The notes under the pieces are model-generated. The model saw only the letters and a program-made list of their open reading frames with translations. It searched no databases and was not told the DNA's origin. A stretch of DNA of 64,000 nucleotides from a bacterium (lineage in GTDB: Bacteria; Electryoneota; Electryoneia; Electryoneales; Electryoneaceae): contig CAXXKJ010000002.1 in NCBI GenBank assembly GCA_963675295.2, forward strand, positions 2,816,001 through 2,880,000. Direction: 5' to 3'. Within the stretch, counting starts at the first letter, position 1; each line of letters begins with the position of its first letter. This document shows, piece by piece, positions 26,638 through 37,032 of the stretch. The position numbers were made by a program, and so were the translations under genes.

Positions 26638-29600
26638 CGTCCCTCCTCAACCGCGGCCCGCTCCTCCTGGAACATTTCCAGCCGTTTCACCTGTTCGTCG
26701 GCTCGGCGTCCGAACGGACTGCCCAATCCTTCCCGCCGCACGATCTCACGGTACATCTGCTTCGCGCGCTCGGGCTCGTTCAGGCGTTCGAGCACCCGTC
26801 CGGCGGCGTACAATGCGGTCACACCCCATTTCAGTTTGGTCGCACGGTTGAGGTGCACCACCCGCAGATACTCGCTCACCGCCTCTTTCAAACGCCCGTC
26901 GCGTTCCATCGCCTCCGCGATGTAGAACTGGCAGGCGGCGTAGTCTTCACCTTCGGCGAAGGTCATCGCCCGGCGAAACTGCGAGATCGCGAGGTCGTAG
27001 TGCCCGGTTTCGTGGTAGGATAGCGCGAGATTCATCCGATGGTCGAACGCATCCGGCGCATCCGGATACAGCTCGAGGTACTTACGCGCGGCACGCATCG
27101 CGCCTTCGTAGAACCCGGCGTCCTTGAATGCACGGATCTGGTTTCCGAGCACGTACGGCCAGCTGTCGATGTACGCGCTGTCTGCGAGCACCTGTTCGTA
27201 CTTGTTGAACGCGTCGAAGTAGTTCTGCTGGCTCGCGTAGTAGTTCCCGAGCAACCAGTAAACGTTGCCCATCACCGGATGGCTGGGGACATCGTCGCTG
27301 AGTTCGATCAGCATCTCGTACGCTTTGTCCGCCTCGCCCTGGTCCATGTAGTCCCGCGCCAGCTCATACTTGGCCCACGGCGCCTGGTCCGTGTCCTCGT
27401 ACTTGTTCATCACGGTCTTGTAGGCCTTGAGCGAATTGTTGTACTGCTGCTTGGACGAATAGAACCGGCCTTTTTCCAGCTCAAACCGTGCCAGCGCGTG
27501 GTCCAGTTTCGGGTCCTGCTTGTGCCAGCCCTCGAACGCTTTCGTCTCGGGCAACGCCTTGTCCATCAATCCGCCACGATACAACGCGACCACACCGAGC
27601 TCGTCCAGCGCGAATGCCGTGTCGGGATTCGTTTCGTGCTCGGATGCGGTCCGTGCCCACTCATGCGCCTTGGCATATTGTCCACCCCGGAACGCCCAGT
27701 GAGTCAACTGACGCCGGAGCGGTTGCAGCGTTGGGTCGTCAGGTGAGCGCCGAATCGCCTGCTCGTATAATGGCAGCGCGTACTCCCACTTTCCGCCCTG
27801 GTGGTACAGACGCGCGAGCCGCAAGGATGCCATCGGACTCGATTGCGTGGCGAGATACGCTGTGTAGTCAAACAGGGCGTTCAGCGTGTCGCCATGGGCC
27901 TCAGCATTCAACGCGGACAGCAGCAGGTTGTCACCACTCGCCAGCACCGGATCGACGAACGTCGGCCGCGCCGGTTCACGAGCTTCGACCCATCCGACTA
28001 CGGTCTGAGCGGTGGCAGGGTTGCCGTCCCGGCCGAAGGTGCCCAACAGATGATCGAGCACCTCAGGCGCGTTCGCTTCGATCTGCGTTACGTACGGCGC
28101 CTGGTTCAGCAACCACTCGCCGGCAGTTGCGGCTTCGGGCTGGCTCGGACGCTGCGTGATCCAGTACAACGCTACGTCCGTCTTTTCCGGCGAATCGGGC
28201 GCGTTCAACAACGTTCGTGCGAGACTATCCGCGTTGGCGATGCTGTCAGCGGCCAGTTCCTGCTGGAACGCGCTCAGAAGTGCCTGCCGTGTCGCGCGAC
28301 TGGAAAGCTCGCCACTCAGCACCGGATCGAGCGTAGCATGGTACAACGAATCCATCTCGGATTCGTTATCCCCTTCCAGCTTGTGGGTGTACGCGTCCGC
28401 GAGAATCAGGCGAACGTCGGCGTTGTGTTCGGCATTGGGATGCGAGGCGAGATACCGTGACCAGTCGTTTCGTTGTTGACGGGTCAGGGTGCTGGCGACT
28501 GTGACCGTCAGATCCTGCAACGTGTTGTAGCGCCACGCCCGCACCGGATCGGCCTGCAGGCTGTCGAATGCATCACGATACAGCGCCGACCACGTTTCCA
28601 GCAGCGATGCCGCCCGTCCACGCAAACCGTCAGACACGGACAACGCTTCCGCGCCCGGCCCGTGGCTCGCCTGCTGCCATTCCATCCACAGCGCGTCGGC
28701 GTACATGTCACGCGCCCGGTTGCGAACCTCGGGCGGGTTGTTCTCGCCATTGACCAGCAGAAGCAACAACGTCATCGCCGGCTGCGGCCGTTTGAACGAG
28801 TGCAGATACATCGCGGCGAGGTCTATTTTCGCCGCCGGGGTAACGTCCGGCTTCACCAGTTCGCTCAGCAGCGGGATCAACGCGTCGTCACTTTGTTCGC
28901 TGGCAATCACGTGTTCACGCAGGAAATCCGCCCGTTCTTCCGCGTCGTAACGATGCGGGCTCGCCGGATACAAGGTTGCAAAGCGCTCAAATAGCTCAGC
29001 AGCAGTCTCCGTATCACCCGGACGCGCGCGCAATTCGGCAGACAGCCACAGCAGATCGTCGTCGAACGGCGTCGTCGCCCGGCTGACCGGTTCGGTTTCA
29101 CGCAGGAAAGTCAACGCGGCTTCGGGTTCTGTCGCTCCGATGGTCTTTGCCGCGTGCAGCCGGATCGACTGCTTCAGCAGCAGATCATCGCAGGCGTTAA
29201 CGGCTTGCACGTACAGATGCGGAGTCGGATCGCCGGTCTCGTAGCTGAGATCCGCCGCTGCCAGTGTCGCGGCAAGCTGGATCGCGGGATCGTCGCCGGC
29301 CATCGCCCCGGCGAACGCCGACGCCGCCTGCACCGGTTTGCTGCTGCGTTGCAGGCACCAGCCCTGTTGCAGCAGGGTCCCCATGCTGTCCGCCGCTGCG
29401 AACAGGGTGCGAGCCGCGTCGTAGTTGCCTTCCCGGAACATCAGCTCGGCGAACGCGAGGTCAACCCGCGAATGCTGCGTCGAATCCGGCGCCATCCGCG
29501 ACGCTCGTTCGAACATCAACCGTGCGCCGTCGCCATCTCCGCTGCGGAAACGCAGTTTTGCCAGCTCCAGCGCAGCCTGCGAAGCATACGTCACATCCGC

Positions 29601-30407
29601 CATTCCCTCGAGCACCTGCGTCCAGATCTGCTCGGCGGCCTTGGGATCGAGACGCCTCAGCTCCCAGCGGCCCAGGAACAATCCGGCGGTGACTTTCAGG
29701 CTGTCGCTACTGGTGTGCATCGCGACGGCTTTTGCTTCCTCGATGGCGGGTGGGAGATCATGCTGCCCGGCGTAGGATTGCGCCAGCAGCAACCGCGCCT
29801 CGAATTCCCATTCGGTTCCGGGAAAGTCACGCAGCAGGATGTTGAGCGTGCGTTCGGTCGCCTGCCAGTCACGGATCGCCAGTTGCAGCTTGGCGGCCCG
29901 AACCAGGGTTCGGGGCAGGGTTTCGGCGTCAGGATACAATACCTGCACCGCGAGGTAGCGGTCGATCGCGCGAGTGGTGTCGCCGAGCAGCAGGTCCATC
30001 TCGGCGGCACGGTGCATCGCCTCAACCGCACGTGTGCTGTCCAGCAGATACACCGCCGCACGTTCGTACGCGTTACGCGCGGAGGAAATCAGGTCCTGGT
30101 GCTGCAGCGATTTGGCGAGCCACAGGGCGGCGTCGCCGGCATATTCGTGGTTCGGATAAGCCTTGAGGAAGAGCTCGAACTCGGAGGCGGCAAAATCGTA
30201 CAGGCCTCGATCATACAATTTTCGAGCGTGGAGGAAATCGCCCTCCGGTCCGACGGAACCGGGCGCGAACTCATCCTCTTCCTGGGCACTGGCGATCGAT
30301 GGCACAACTGCCACGACCATGACGATCAGCACCACCAGCGAGAACAGAACACGTACTGCTCCTCCCCACCGGATCGTTATCGTCCGGCGCCGCTCGAGTC
30401 GTTTCAT
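26634..30407 (-). CDS. very large exported tetratricopeptide-repeat protein
   Basis: N-terminal TM/signal, many TPR/BamD-like helices (FLKAYPNH...A, YLELYPDA). Start uncertain. Confidence 0.85.
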   Translation of the reverse strand: MKRLERRRTITIRWGGAVRVLFSLVVLIVMVVAVVPSIASAQEEDEFAPGSVGPEGDFLHARKLYDRGLYDFAASEFELFLKAYPNHEYAGDAALWLAKSLQHQDLISSARNAYERAAVYLLDSTRAVEAMHRAAEMDLLLGDTTRAIDRYLAVQVLYPDAETLPRTLVRAAKLQLAIRDWQATERTLNILLRDFPGTEWEFEARLLLAQSYAGQHDLPPAIEEAKAVAMHTSSDSLKVTAGLFLGRWELRRLDPKAAEQIWTQVLEGMADVTYASQAALELAKLRFRSGDGDGARLMFERASRMAPDSTQHSRVDLAFAELMFREGNYDAARTLFAAADSMGTLLQQGWCLQRSSKPVQAASAFAGAMAGDDPAIQLAATLAAADLSYETGDPTPHLYVQAVNACDDLLLKQSIRLHAAKTIGATEPEAALTFLRETEPVSRATTPFDDDLLWLSAELRARPGDTETAAELFERFATLYPASPHRYDAEERADFLREHVIASEQSDDALIPLLSELVKPDVTPAAKIDLAAMYLHSFKRPQPAMTLLLLLVNGENNPPEVRNRARDMYADALWMEWQQASHGPGAEALSVSDGLRGRAASLLETWSALYRDAFDSLQADPVRAWRYNTLQDLTVTVASTLTRQQRNDWSRYLASHPNAEHNADVRLILADAYTHKLEGDNESEMDSLYHATLDPVLSGELSSRATRQALLSAFQQELAADSIANADSLARTLLNAPDSPEKTDVALYWITQRPSQPEAATAGEWLLNQAPYVTQIEANAPEVLDHLLGTFGRDGNPATAQTVVGWVEAREPARPTFVDPVLASGDNLLLSALNAEAHGDTLNALFDYTAYLATQSSPMASLRLARLYHQGGKWEYALPLYEQAIRRSPDDPTLQPLRRQLTHWAFRGGQYAKAHEWARTASEHETNPDTAFALDELGVVALYRGGLMDKALPETKAFEGWHKQDPKLDHALARFELEKGRFYSSKQQYNNSLKAYKTVMNKYEDTDQAPWAKYELARDYMDQGEADKAYEMLIELSDDVPSHPVMGNVYWLLGNYYASQQNYFDAFNKYEQVLADSAYIDSWPYVLGNQIRAFKDAGFYEGAMRAARKYLELYPDAPDAFDHRMNLALSYHETGHYDLAISQFRRAMTFAEGEDYAACQFYIAEAMERDGRLKEAVSEYLRVVHLNRATKLKWGVTALYAAGRVLERLNEPERAKQMYREIVRREGLGSPFGRRADEQVKRLEMFQEERAAVEEGR

Positions 30408-30438
30408 CGCTCGCTCACCCCTTGTCACACGGGTTCCG

Positions 30439-32865
30439 CTAAAAGTCCTTCACCGGCTGAAGCCGGGCGATCTTCTGGATCAATTTCTTCTGGCCGATGC
30501 CGTCAAATTCAACCGTCACCCGCACAGAATCCTGGAACGGTGACGTCGCAATCACAATTCCCTGCCCGAATTTCGGGTGCGTCACCAGGTCGCCGGTACG
30601 CACCGCCGGAATGTCCTCGCCATTCACATGCGGGGTCTGCGGCGAGGTTGATTCAGGTTCGCCGCTGGACTCGTCGTGCTGAGTTCCGCCGCCAAGACGT
30701 CCGAGCACTGGAAGCTCGGCTGACGCCTGCTTGCGGGGCGCTTTGCCCTGCGCGCGCGGCTTCCACGATCCTCCGCCCGATCCAGCGTAGCCCTGCGCCT
30801 TCTGCAAGCCCTGGTATTTGCCGGCCGAGGACATCGGATTGCGTCCCGACCACTCGACACCGTCTTTCGGCAGATCGAGCAGGAACGGACTCGGTCCCAT
30901 GTCGGTAAACTGGCCCCAGACACGCCGGTTCTGCGTGTATGTCAATACTAACTCATCGTGCGCCCGGGTCACGGCCACATAAAACAGCCGCCGTTCCTCG
31001 TCGAGATCGCGGGAATCGTCGTCATCGGGACTGCTCAACGGGAAGGTCTTGTCCTCGAGTCCGGTGACGAAGACGCTCGGAAACTCCAACCCCTTAGCGG
31101 CGTGTATCGTCATCAATCGTACAGAATCCGCGCCCGCATCGTACTTGTCCTGATCGCTGGCCAGCGCTGCCTGCTCGAGGTAGTCCTGCAGCCTGCCTTT
31201 GCGCACCGCGTGTTCCGCGAGACTGTTGAACAGGCTGTCGAGGTTGTCAAGCCGGCCCTGTGCCTCGAAATCGCCCTCGTCGCGTAACCGTCCGATGTAA
31301 CCGGACTCCTCAAGCACCGTCTGTGCCCACTTTTCCAACGGTGCGGGCTCAGCGGATTCTTCGTCCGCGCTGGGTTCGGCGTCGTCCGGTTTCGCCTCGG
31401 AATCGCTGTTTTCAGCGGGTTTCGGCGGCTGGATTTCATGCAGCGCGGTCTGCCACGTCAGGATCTGTTCGGTGAACTTATGGCAGGCGTTGACGGCCCG
31501 TGTACCCAGTCCCTCGACCAGGTTCGCTTTGGTCATCACTTCGAACAGCGAGCGGTCGTGTTCCGCTCCGAACGCCTGCAGCTTCTGCAACGTGGTCGCG
31601 CCGATGCCGCGCGGCGGTTCGGCGATGATGCGGCGCAGGGACAGTTCGTCCAATGGATTCAGGCAGAGCCGGAAATACGCCAGTGCGTCCCGTATTTCCT
31701 TCCGTGAGTAGAAGCCGACACCACCCAGTACCTGGTACGGATAGCGCATCGCCCGCAACGCGTCTTCGAAAAGGCGGGATTGCGCGTTGGTGCGGTACAG
31801 GATCGCGAAATCCTTGAACGCGCGCTTGCCGCTTAATGTCGCCCGGCCGATCCGGTCAACCACTTCGCGGGCTTCGTCGATGTCGGTACCGACACCAACC
31901 ACCTCCGGCACCATGCCGCCGGACCGATCGGTCCACAGCTTTTTCTCTTCGCGACGGATCGACTTGGCGACGACTGCATTTGCAAGGTCGAGAATCTGCT
32001 GCGTGCTGCGGTAGTTCTGCTCAAGGCGGAAGACCTTGGCGCCCTCGAACACGTCCTTGAACGAAAAGATGTTGTCCACCCGCGCACCGCGCCAGCCGTA
32101 AATCGACTGGTCATCGTCGCCGACCGCGAACAAGTTCGGTTTCGGCCCGGCGAGCAGACGTAGAAGCTCGAACTGGGCTTGGTTGGTATCCTGCATCTCG
32201 TCCACGTGCAGATACCGCCACCGTCCCGACCAGTAGTTGAGCACCGCCGGATATTCACGGAAGAGCTGGATCGGCAGGGTGATCAGATCGTCAAAATCCA
32301 TCCCGCCGAGCACCTTCAGGCGCTTCTTGTACTCGGGATAGACCGCCGCGACAACACGCTCAAACGGCAGTTTCGCACGGGCGTCGTAGGTTTCCGGATC
32401 AACGAGATCGTTCTTCAACTTGCTGATCGCCGACTGCACCATCTTCGGCCGGAAGCGGTCCTCCGAATGATCCTTGAGGATCTGCTTGACCAGTCGGACG
32501 GAATCGTCCGCGTCGAAAATGGAGAAGTCGCGCGGATAGCCGAGGGTTTCGGCATCCCGGCGCAGCACACGCAGCATCGTCGAGTGGAATGTTCCGGCCG
32601 CGACTTCGTCCCCGCCGTCAGTGATCTGCGCCGCACGAGCTTTCAGTTCCCCGGCGGCCTTGTTGGTAAAGGTGACCGCGAGGACCTGCCACGGGCGGGC
32701 GAGGCGTTGTTGGACGATGTGCGCGATACGGTGCGTGAGCACACGAGTCTTCCCGCTGCCTGCTCCTGCGAGCACGAGCACGGGGCCTTCGGTACACTCA
32801 ACGGCGGCTTTCTGCGCGTCGTTAAGCCCGGCAAACAAATCGGTGGCAAACTGGAATTGGTTCAT
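30439..32865 (-). CDS. pcrA: UvrD/PcrA ATP-dependent DNA helicase
   Basis: LNDAQ, AGAGSGKT, TFTNKAA, DEMQDTN, VGDDDQSIYGWRGA, LEQNYRS, TIHAAKGLEF, EERRLFYVAVTRA, C-terminal Tudor-like HPKFGQG. Confidence 0.95.
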   Translation of the reverse strand: MNQFQFATDLFAGLNDAQKAAVECTEGPVLVLAGAGSGKTRVLTHRIAHIVQQRLARPWQVLAVTFTNKAAGELKARAAQITDGGDEVAAGTFHSTMLRVLRRDAETLGYPRDFSIFDADDSVRLVKQILKDHSEDRFRPKMVQSAISKLKNDLVDPETYDARAKLPFERVVAAVYPEYKKRLKVLGGMDFDDLITLPIQLFREYPAVLNYWSGRWRYLHVDEMQDTNQAQFELLRLLAGPKPNLFAVGDDDQSIYGWRGARVDNIFSFKDVFEGAKVFRLEQNYRSTQQILDLANAVVAKSIRREEKKLWTDRSGGMVPEVVGVGTDIDEAREVVDRIGRATLSGKRAFKDFAILYRTNAQSRLFEDALRAMRYPYQVLGGVGFYSRKEIRDALAYFRLCLNPLDELSLRRIIAEPPRGIGATTLQKLQAFGAEHDRSLFEVMTKANLVEGLGTRAVNACHKFTEQILTWQTALHEIQPPKPAENSDSEAKPDDAEPSADEESAEPAPLEKWAQTVLEESGYIGRLRDEGDFEAQGRLDNLDSLFNSLAEHAVRKGRLQDYLEQAALASDQDKYDAGADSVRLMTIHAAKGLEFPSVFVTGLEDKTFPLSSPDDDDSRDLDEERRLFYVAVTRAHDELVLTYTQNRRVWGQFTDMGPSPFLLDLPKDGVEWSGRNPMSSAGKYQGLQKAQGYAGSGGGSWKPRAQGKAPRKQASAELPVLGRLGGGTQHDESSGEPESTSPQTPHVNGEDIPAVRTGDLVTHPKFGQGIVIATSPFQDSVRVTVEFDGIGQKKLIQKIARLQPVKDF

Positions 32866-33899
32866 TGGCTGTTGAGGCGTTGCTGCCGTGCAACCACACG
32901 GCGAACCTCGTCGAACTTTTCTTTTGCTTTCAGGTGTTCTTCGTAGGTGCGGGTGAAGGTATGACCGCCGTCTCCCCGCGCCACCATGAACAGCCATGGC
33001 GCCTCGGGAGGTTTCACCGCAGCCCTCAGGGCGGCTTCGCCGGGGTTGTTGATCGGTCCCGGCGGCAACCCGCGATACAGGTAGGTATTGTACGGACTGT
33101 CAATCTTCAGATCGGTGAGTAACAGACGTTTCGGACCGTTCGGGAGCAGGAACTGAACCGTCGGATCGGCCTCGAGTTTCATCCCGCGATTCAAGCGATT
33201 CCTGTACACCGCTGCCACATCCCCGGCCTCTGACTCAAGATTGATCTCGCCCTCGACGATACTGGCCAGAGTAATCACCCCGAGCAGGCCGTACTTGTCC
33301 GCTCGTGCGTCGGCCAGCCATTGACCGCCGAGCCGTTCGAAAAAGTGCTCGACCATCTCCGAGACGACACGTTCCGGTTTCGCGTTCAACGGGAAGACAT
33401 ACGTTTCCGGGAACAGCAGGCCGTCCAGAGAAGGCAGCTCGCCGTACCCGAGCTTCGCGGTGAAGGTTTCGGAACGTACCGTGGCGACGAAACCGGTACT
33501 GTCGGTTATGCCTGCGGCCTGTAACCTCGCCGCCATCTGTTCGGCGGTCCAGCCCTCGGGAAAGGTGACCTCGGTGGTGGCGATACGTCCCTCGATGAGG
33601 ATCATGGCCAGATCCGCGGAGGACGCCGAGCGTTCGAGGAAATACGTTCCGGACTTGATCGCTTCCGCCTTGCCGCGCAGACGCAGGAACCAGACGAACC
33701 CGTCGGAATTGTCGATCAGGCCGGCAACGTGCAGGGATTCCGCGACGGCGTAGGCGTACATCCCGTCCCGCACGAGGAACGTATCGACTCCGGCGGCGTC
33801 CAGGTTGGCCCGTTCGCCGAGGATCGCGTCACCGAAAAACAGCAGCGCGGAGGTAACAACCACGGCCAGCAGAATGGCCAGTATGATCAGGATACGCAA
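32862..33899 (-). CDS. mltG: endolytic transglycosylase MltG
   Basis: N-terminal TM, VTFPEG, DGLLFPETY, LASIVEGE, LEADPT, SPYNTY...GLPPGPINNPG. Confidence 0.95.
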   Translation of the reverse strand: MRILIILAILLAVVVTSALLFFGDAILGERANLDAAGVDTFLVRDGMYAYAVAESLHVAGLIDNSDGFVWFLRLRGKAEAIKSGTYFLERSASSADLAMILIEGRIATTEVTFPEGWTAEQMAARLQAAGITDSTGFVATVRSETFTAKLGYGELPSLDGLLFPETYVFPLNAKPERVVSEMVEHFFERLGGQWLADARADKYGLLGVITLASIVEGEINLESEAGDVAAVYRNRLNRGMKLEADPTVQFLLPNGPKRLLLTDLKIDSPYNTYLYRGLPPGPINNPGEAALRAAVKPPEAPWLFMVARGDGGHTFTRTYEEHLKAKEKFDEVRRVVARQQRLNSQ

Positions 33900-33950
33900 C
33901 GGTATGAACGTCCCAGGTAAAACGGATCCACTCTCGGCACGGGTTCCGGG

Positions 33951-34502
33951 CTAAACCGCCAGATTGATATGGCTCAACCATTCACCAACATCTTCGGCTG
34001 AGGCGACCCACTCAACCGTTCCCGCGGAAATCGACTCGAACTCGTCCAGCATTGGCTTCATGCGGAATTGCCAGAACGGTTCCCAGATCGCAAATTTGCG
34101 CCCTTCGAACCGCCGCAGCAGGGCAATGGATGACCAGATTTCAGCCAGCGTTCCGCTTCCGCCTGGCAAACCGATCGCCCGTGGCACACGCAGCAACATC
34201 GACATGCGTTCCGTGTAATCGCTTGCGACGTAAAATTTGTCGATGTGCGGATTCGGCTTGTGCACCTTCGGTGGGGCGTATAAAATGCCAACCGCTTCAC
34301 CCCCCGCTTCCACCGCTCCCTTGCTGGCGGCCTCCATTGCGCCACCATAGCCGCCGGTGACCAACGTAAACCCACGATTGGAGATCATCCGGCCGATCCG
34401 CTCAGACAGCTTCCATCCTTCGCTGCCCGGTTGCCACGCGCCGCCGCCGAACAGGCAGAACGGATTTTCCACTTCGAATTTCTTGTGCACGGACAGATTC
34501 AT
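33951..34502 (-). CDS. LOG-family (Rossmann-fold) nucleotide phosphoribohydrolase
   Basis: TGGYGGAMEAASKGA and PGGSGTLAE motifs. Confidence 0.85.
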   Translation of the reverse strand: MNLSVHKKFEVENPFCLFGGGAWQPGSEGWKLSERIGRMISNRGFTLVTGGYGGAMEAASKGAVEAGGEAVGILYAPPKVHKPNPHIDKFYVASDYTERMSMLLRVPRAIGLPGGSGTLAEIWSSIALLRRFEGRKFAIWEPFWQFRMKPMLDEFESISAGTVEWVASAEDVGEWLSHINLAV

Positions 34503-34747
34503 TGACTCCTCCCTGTTTGCAAGCTCATGGAAGATAAAACATTGAACCGGCAATCCCAGAGAGAGAAAAGCCATCAGAGTCTTCGCAGGTGCGGTCGTGG
34601 GGGATCGACCACACTGCTAGCCCGACCTGATGGCAGAAGTCAATGTACGAGTCGCACTTGCTGAACGCAAGAAAAAGTTAGAAGGATCTAACTCGCACCT
34701 CTCTTTATCCGGCTATTTCACGGATTCCCCCGTTCAGCGCTTAACGA

Positions 34748-35599
34748 TCAACGCCAGCGCAGATCGACATCGCCCATGCCGACGCTGAGGTCGATGTCAA
34801 GCTTGACACTCGCGGTGTCGTAATCGTCGGTTTCCCAGACGTCTTTCCGCACCTTTTTCATGTCATCCAGATCAACGGAAGACATGAAGCCGCCATCGTG
34901 GTAGACACGGATGCCCATGCCCTTGGAGACGATGATGTCGCAGCTGCCCATGCCGACGCTGATATCGACGACGCCCTCTCCTTCATAGCCACGCAAATCG
35001 AGGGTAACATCGCCCATGCCGGCGTCCACGTCCAGCTTCCGAAAGCGCAGATTACCCAAGTTGACCGTTTCCAGTGAACCGAGACCGCATTCGATGCTGA
35101 TCCGGTCGGATTCGATCTCGTTTCGTTTGTCGACAATCAGCTCGGTTTCGGCGAGGCCGGCATCCAGTTCGAGCCGCTTCACCTTGAGGCCGGTGAGGTC
35201 AATATCGTTGTCGCCGAGGCCGACGTCGCAGCGGATGGCATACTCCGGTTTCGGGGACAGCAGCACCTCGAATTCGCTGCCGTCCATATCATCTGTGCCA
35301 CCGAAATGATGATGGTCATCGTCGGATTCGAGATAGACATAGACCATGTCGGCCTCACGTTCGACCTTCATCGTTGGTTCGTCGAAATCCTCGTCGTACT
35401 CGCCGCTGAATTCGACCAGGGTTTCTTCCTTGCCTGCTTTAACGGTCGTTTCCGCGATGGACAGGTCGAGTTGCAGTTCGACGAATTCCGCGCCGCCGAG
35501 CGCTTCGGTGTGAGCGAAGGAGTTGCGTTTCTTTGCGTATGCGATGACCACGCACAGCGCAAGCACAACGACCAGGGCTGCAGTCAATTTCTTCGACAT
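34748..35599 (-). CDS. exported LiaF/toast-rack-like beta-solenoid protein
   Basis: Signal peptide, repeated x-D-x-G-(L/M)-G-D/S strands. Start moved to MSKKL (GAGGAG RBS). Confidence 0.75.
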   Translation of the reverse strand: MSKKLTAALVVVLALCVVIAYAKKRNSFAHTEALGGAEFVELQLDLSIAETTVKAGKEETLVEFSGEYDEDFDEPTMKVEREADMVYVYLESDDDHHHFGGTDDMDGSEFEVLLSPKPEYAIRCDVGLGDNDIDLTGLKVKRLELDAGLAETELIVDKRNEIESDRISIECGLGSLETVNLGNLRFRKLDVDAGMGDVTLDLRGYEGEGVVDISVGMGSCDIIVSKGMGIRVYHDGGFMSSVDLDDMKKVRKDVWETDDYDTASVKLDIDLSVGMGDVDLRWR

Positions 35600-35642
35600 G
35601 TTCACACTCTCCTCACTGGTGTCGGTGGCATATCGTGCCTGA

Positions 35643-36893
35643 TCAGTTCTTCCTGATCTGGATTTTTCCGCCACCGACCGTAATATCAATTTCAGATCCT
35701 CCCCCATTGACCTGGCCACGTGCGGCGATACTTCCGCCGAAATCGCGGACGTCAAGCGGGAAGTCCGATTGGATCGCGTCTTCGTTTCTGCTGCAATTAA
35801 GACGGATAACCAGATCCGTCTGCACCGATTCGTACAGGGTCACATCAACATCACCGGCATTGACCTGGAAATCCCACATCACCGGTTCCGAGAGGTCTTC
35901 ACTCAGTTTCGCAAAGACAGACCCGGCGGTGAGGTCAACGTCCAGATCGCCCGCAATTTCATCGATTGTGATATTTCCTGCGCTGCCGAACACATCAACG
36001 TTACCCAGATGATGGCATACGTCCAGATCCCCACCGCTAATGTTGAAATCGAGGTCGCCGGTACAGTCTTCGATCAGGATATCGCCGCCTCGGCTTTCCA
36101 GGTTTGAGATCTCAAGGATTTCTGATCGACGCATGATGATCTTACCGCCGGACGTTTGCACTTTAAGGCGTTCCGCCTTGACATCATTCAACGTGATATC
36201 ACCGCCCCACGAGGAAACATTCAAGCGGCCACAAGCCATGTTCAGTGTGATATCACCACCTGCGGTGTCCAGGTCAATAATTCCTTCATCACCATCAAGC
36301 TCGACTCGTCCCCCGGCGGAATTTACATTTTGCATTCCGCAATGCTTTTTGAGGAACACATCGCCACCGGATGTAGACAGGATCAACCGCCCGCTGGTGC
36401 CGTCCAGGGTCACCGTGCCGCCGTTGGACTCGAGTCGCATCTCACCGGACAGATCTTTCAGCAGCAGATCGCCGCCTGTTGTGATGAGATCCGTATCGGT
36501 GTGAAACGGTGTGTAGAATGTCAATTCGAACCAGGCTGTCCGAGTCGCATATTCCAGATTCAACATCCGGCCCTTCAATGTCAAGGAACTCGCGCCTGTC
36601 TCAATGTTCGGATACAATTCCTCGTACTCAGTGCGTGCCTCAGCTTCATCCAGTCTGGAAGCAGCATGATAGGCCATTACGAGTTTTGTATCTTCCCGTT
36701 CTTCGCCAATAACGGTGATTTTTGCGGAACACTCATCAACAGCCAGCACTGGGCGATCCCCGAGCCCGAAATACATGGTTTCCGTTGCAGTCCAGGCACC
36801 GTCAATCTTTTCCCAGACGACTTCACTTTCACCTGCCAGCAGCGTGCACGGCACGGCCAGCAGCAGCGCAATCACGAGTAATCGGCGCGACAT
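35643..36893 (-). CDS. exported DUF4097-family beta-strand repeat protein
   Basis: Signal peptide, many T-(S/A/T)-GG-D-I/V repeats. Confidence 0.85.
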   Translation of the reverse strand: MSRRLLVIALLLAVPCTLLAGESEVVWEKIDGAWTATETMYFGLGDRPVLAVDECSAKITVIGEEREDTKLVMAYHAASRLDEAEARTEYEELYPNIETGASSLTLKGRMLNLEYATRTAWFELTFYTPFHTDTDLITTGGDLLLKDLSGEMRLESNGGTVTLDGTSGRLILSTSGGDVFLKKHCGMQNVNSAGGRVELDGDEGIIDLDTAGGDITLNMACGRLNVSSWGGDITLNDVKAERLKVQTSGGKIIMRRSEILEISNLESRGGDILIEDCTGDLDFNISGGDLDVCHHLGNVDVFGSAGNITIDEIAGDLDVDLTAGSVFAKLSEDLSEPVMWDFQVNAGDVDVTLYESVQTDLVIRLNCSRNEDAIQSDFPLDVRDFGGSIAARGQVNGGGSEIDITVGGGKIQIRKN

Positions 36894-36932
36894 GATGGAG
36901 CCTTTCTACGTGAGCGGGGGGCTCGCCAGAGT

Positions 36933-36962
36933 TTAGACAGAGACAGTCAGATGGTGGTTACA
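36933..36962 (-). promoter_or_regulatory. putative ECF-sigma promoter for the DUF4097/LiaF-like pair
   Basis: Minus strand reads TGTAAC-N17-TGTCTAA (AAC/GTC ECF pattern), about 40 bp before the start codon. Confidence 0.4.
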
Positions 36963-37032
36963 AGGGAGGCAGTGGACAACTACAAATTTCGCTCTGTCTT
37001 TGTGAAGACAAAATACAAACTTTGTCGTGGAA

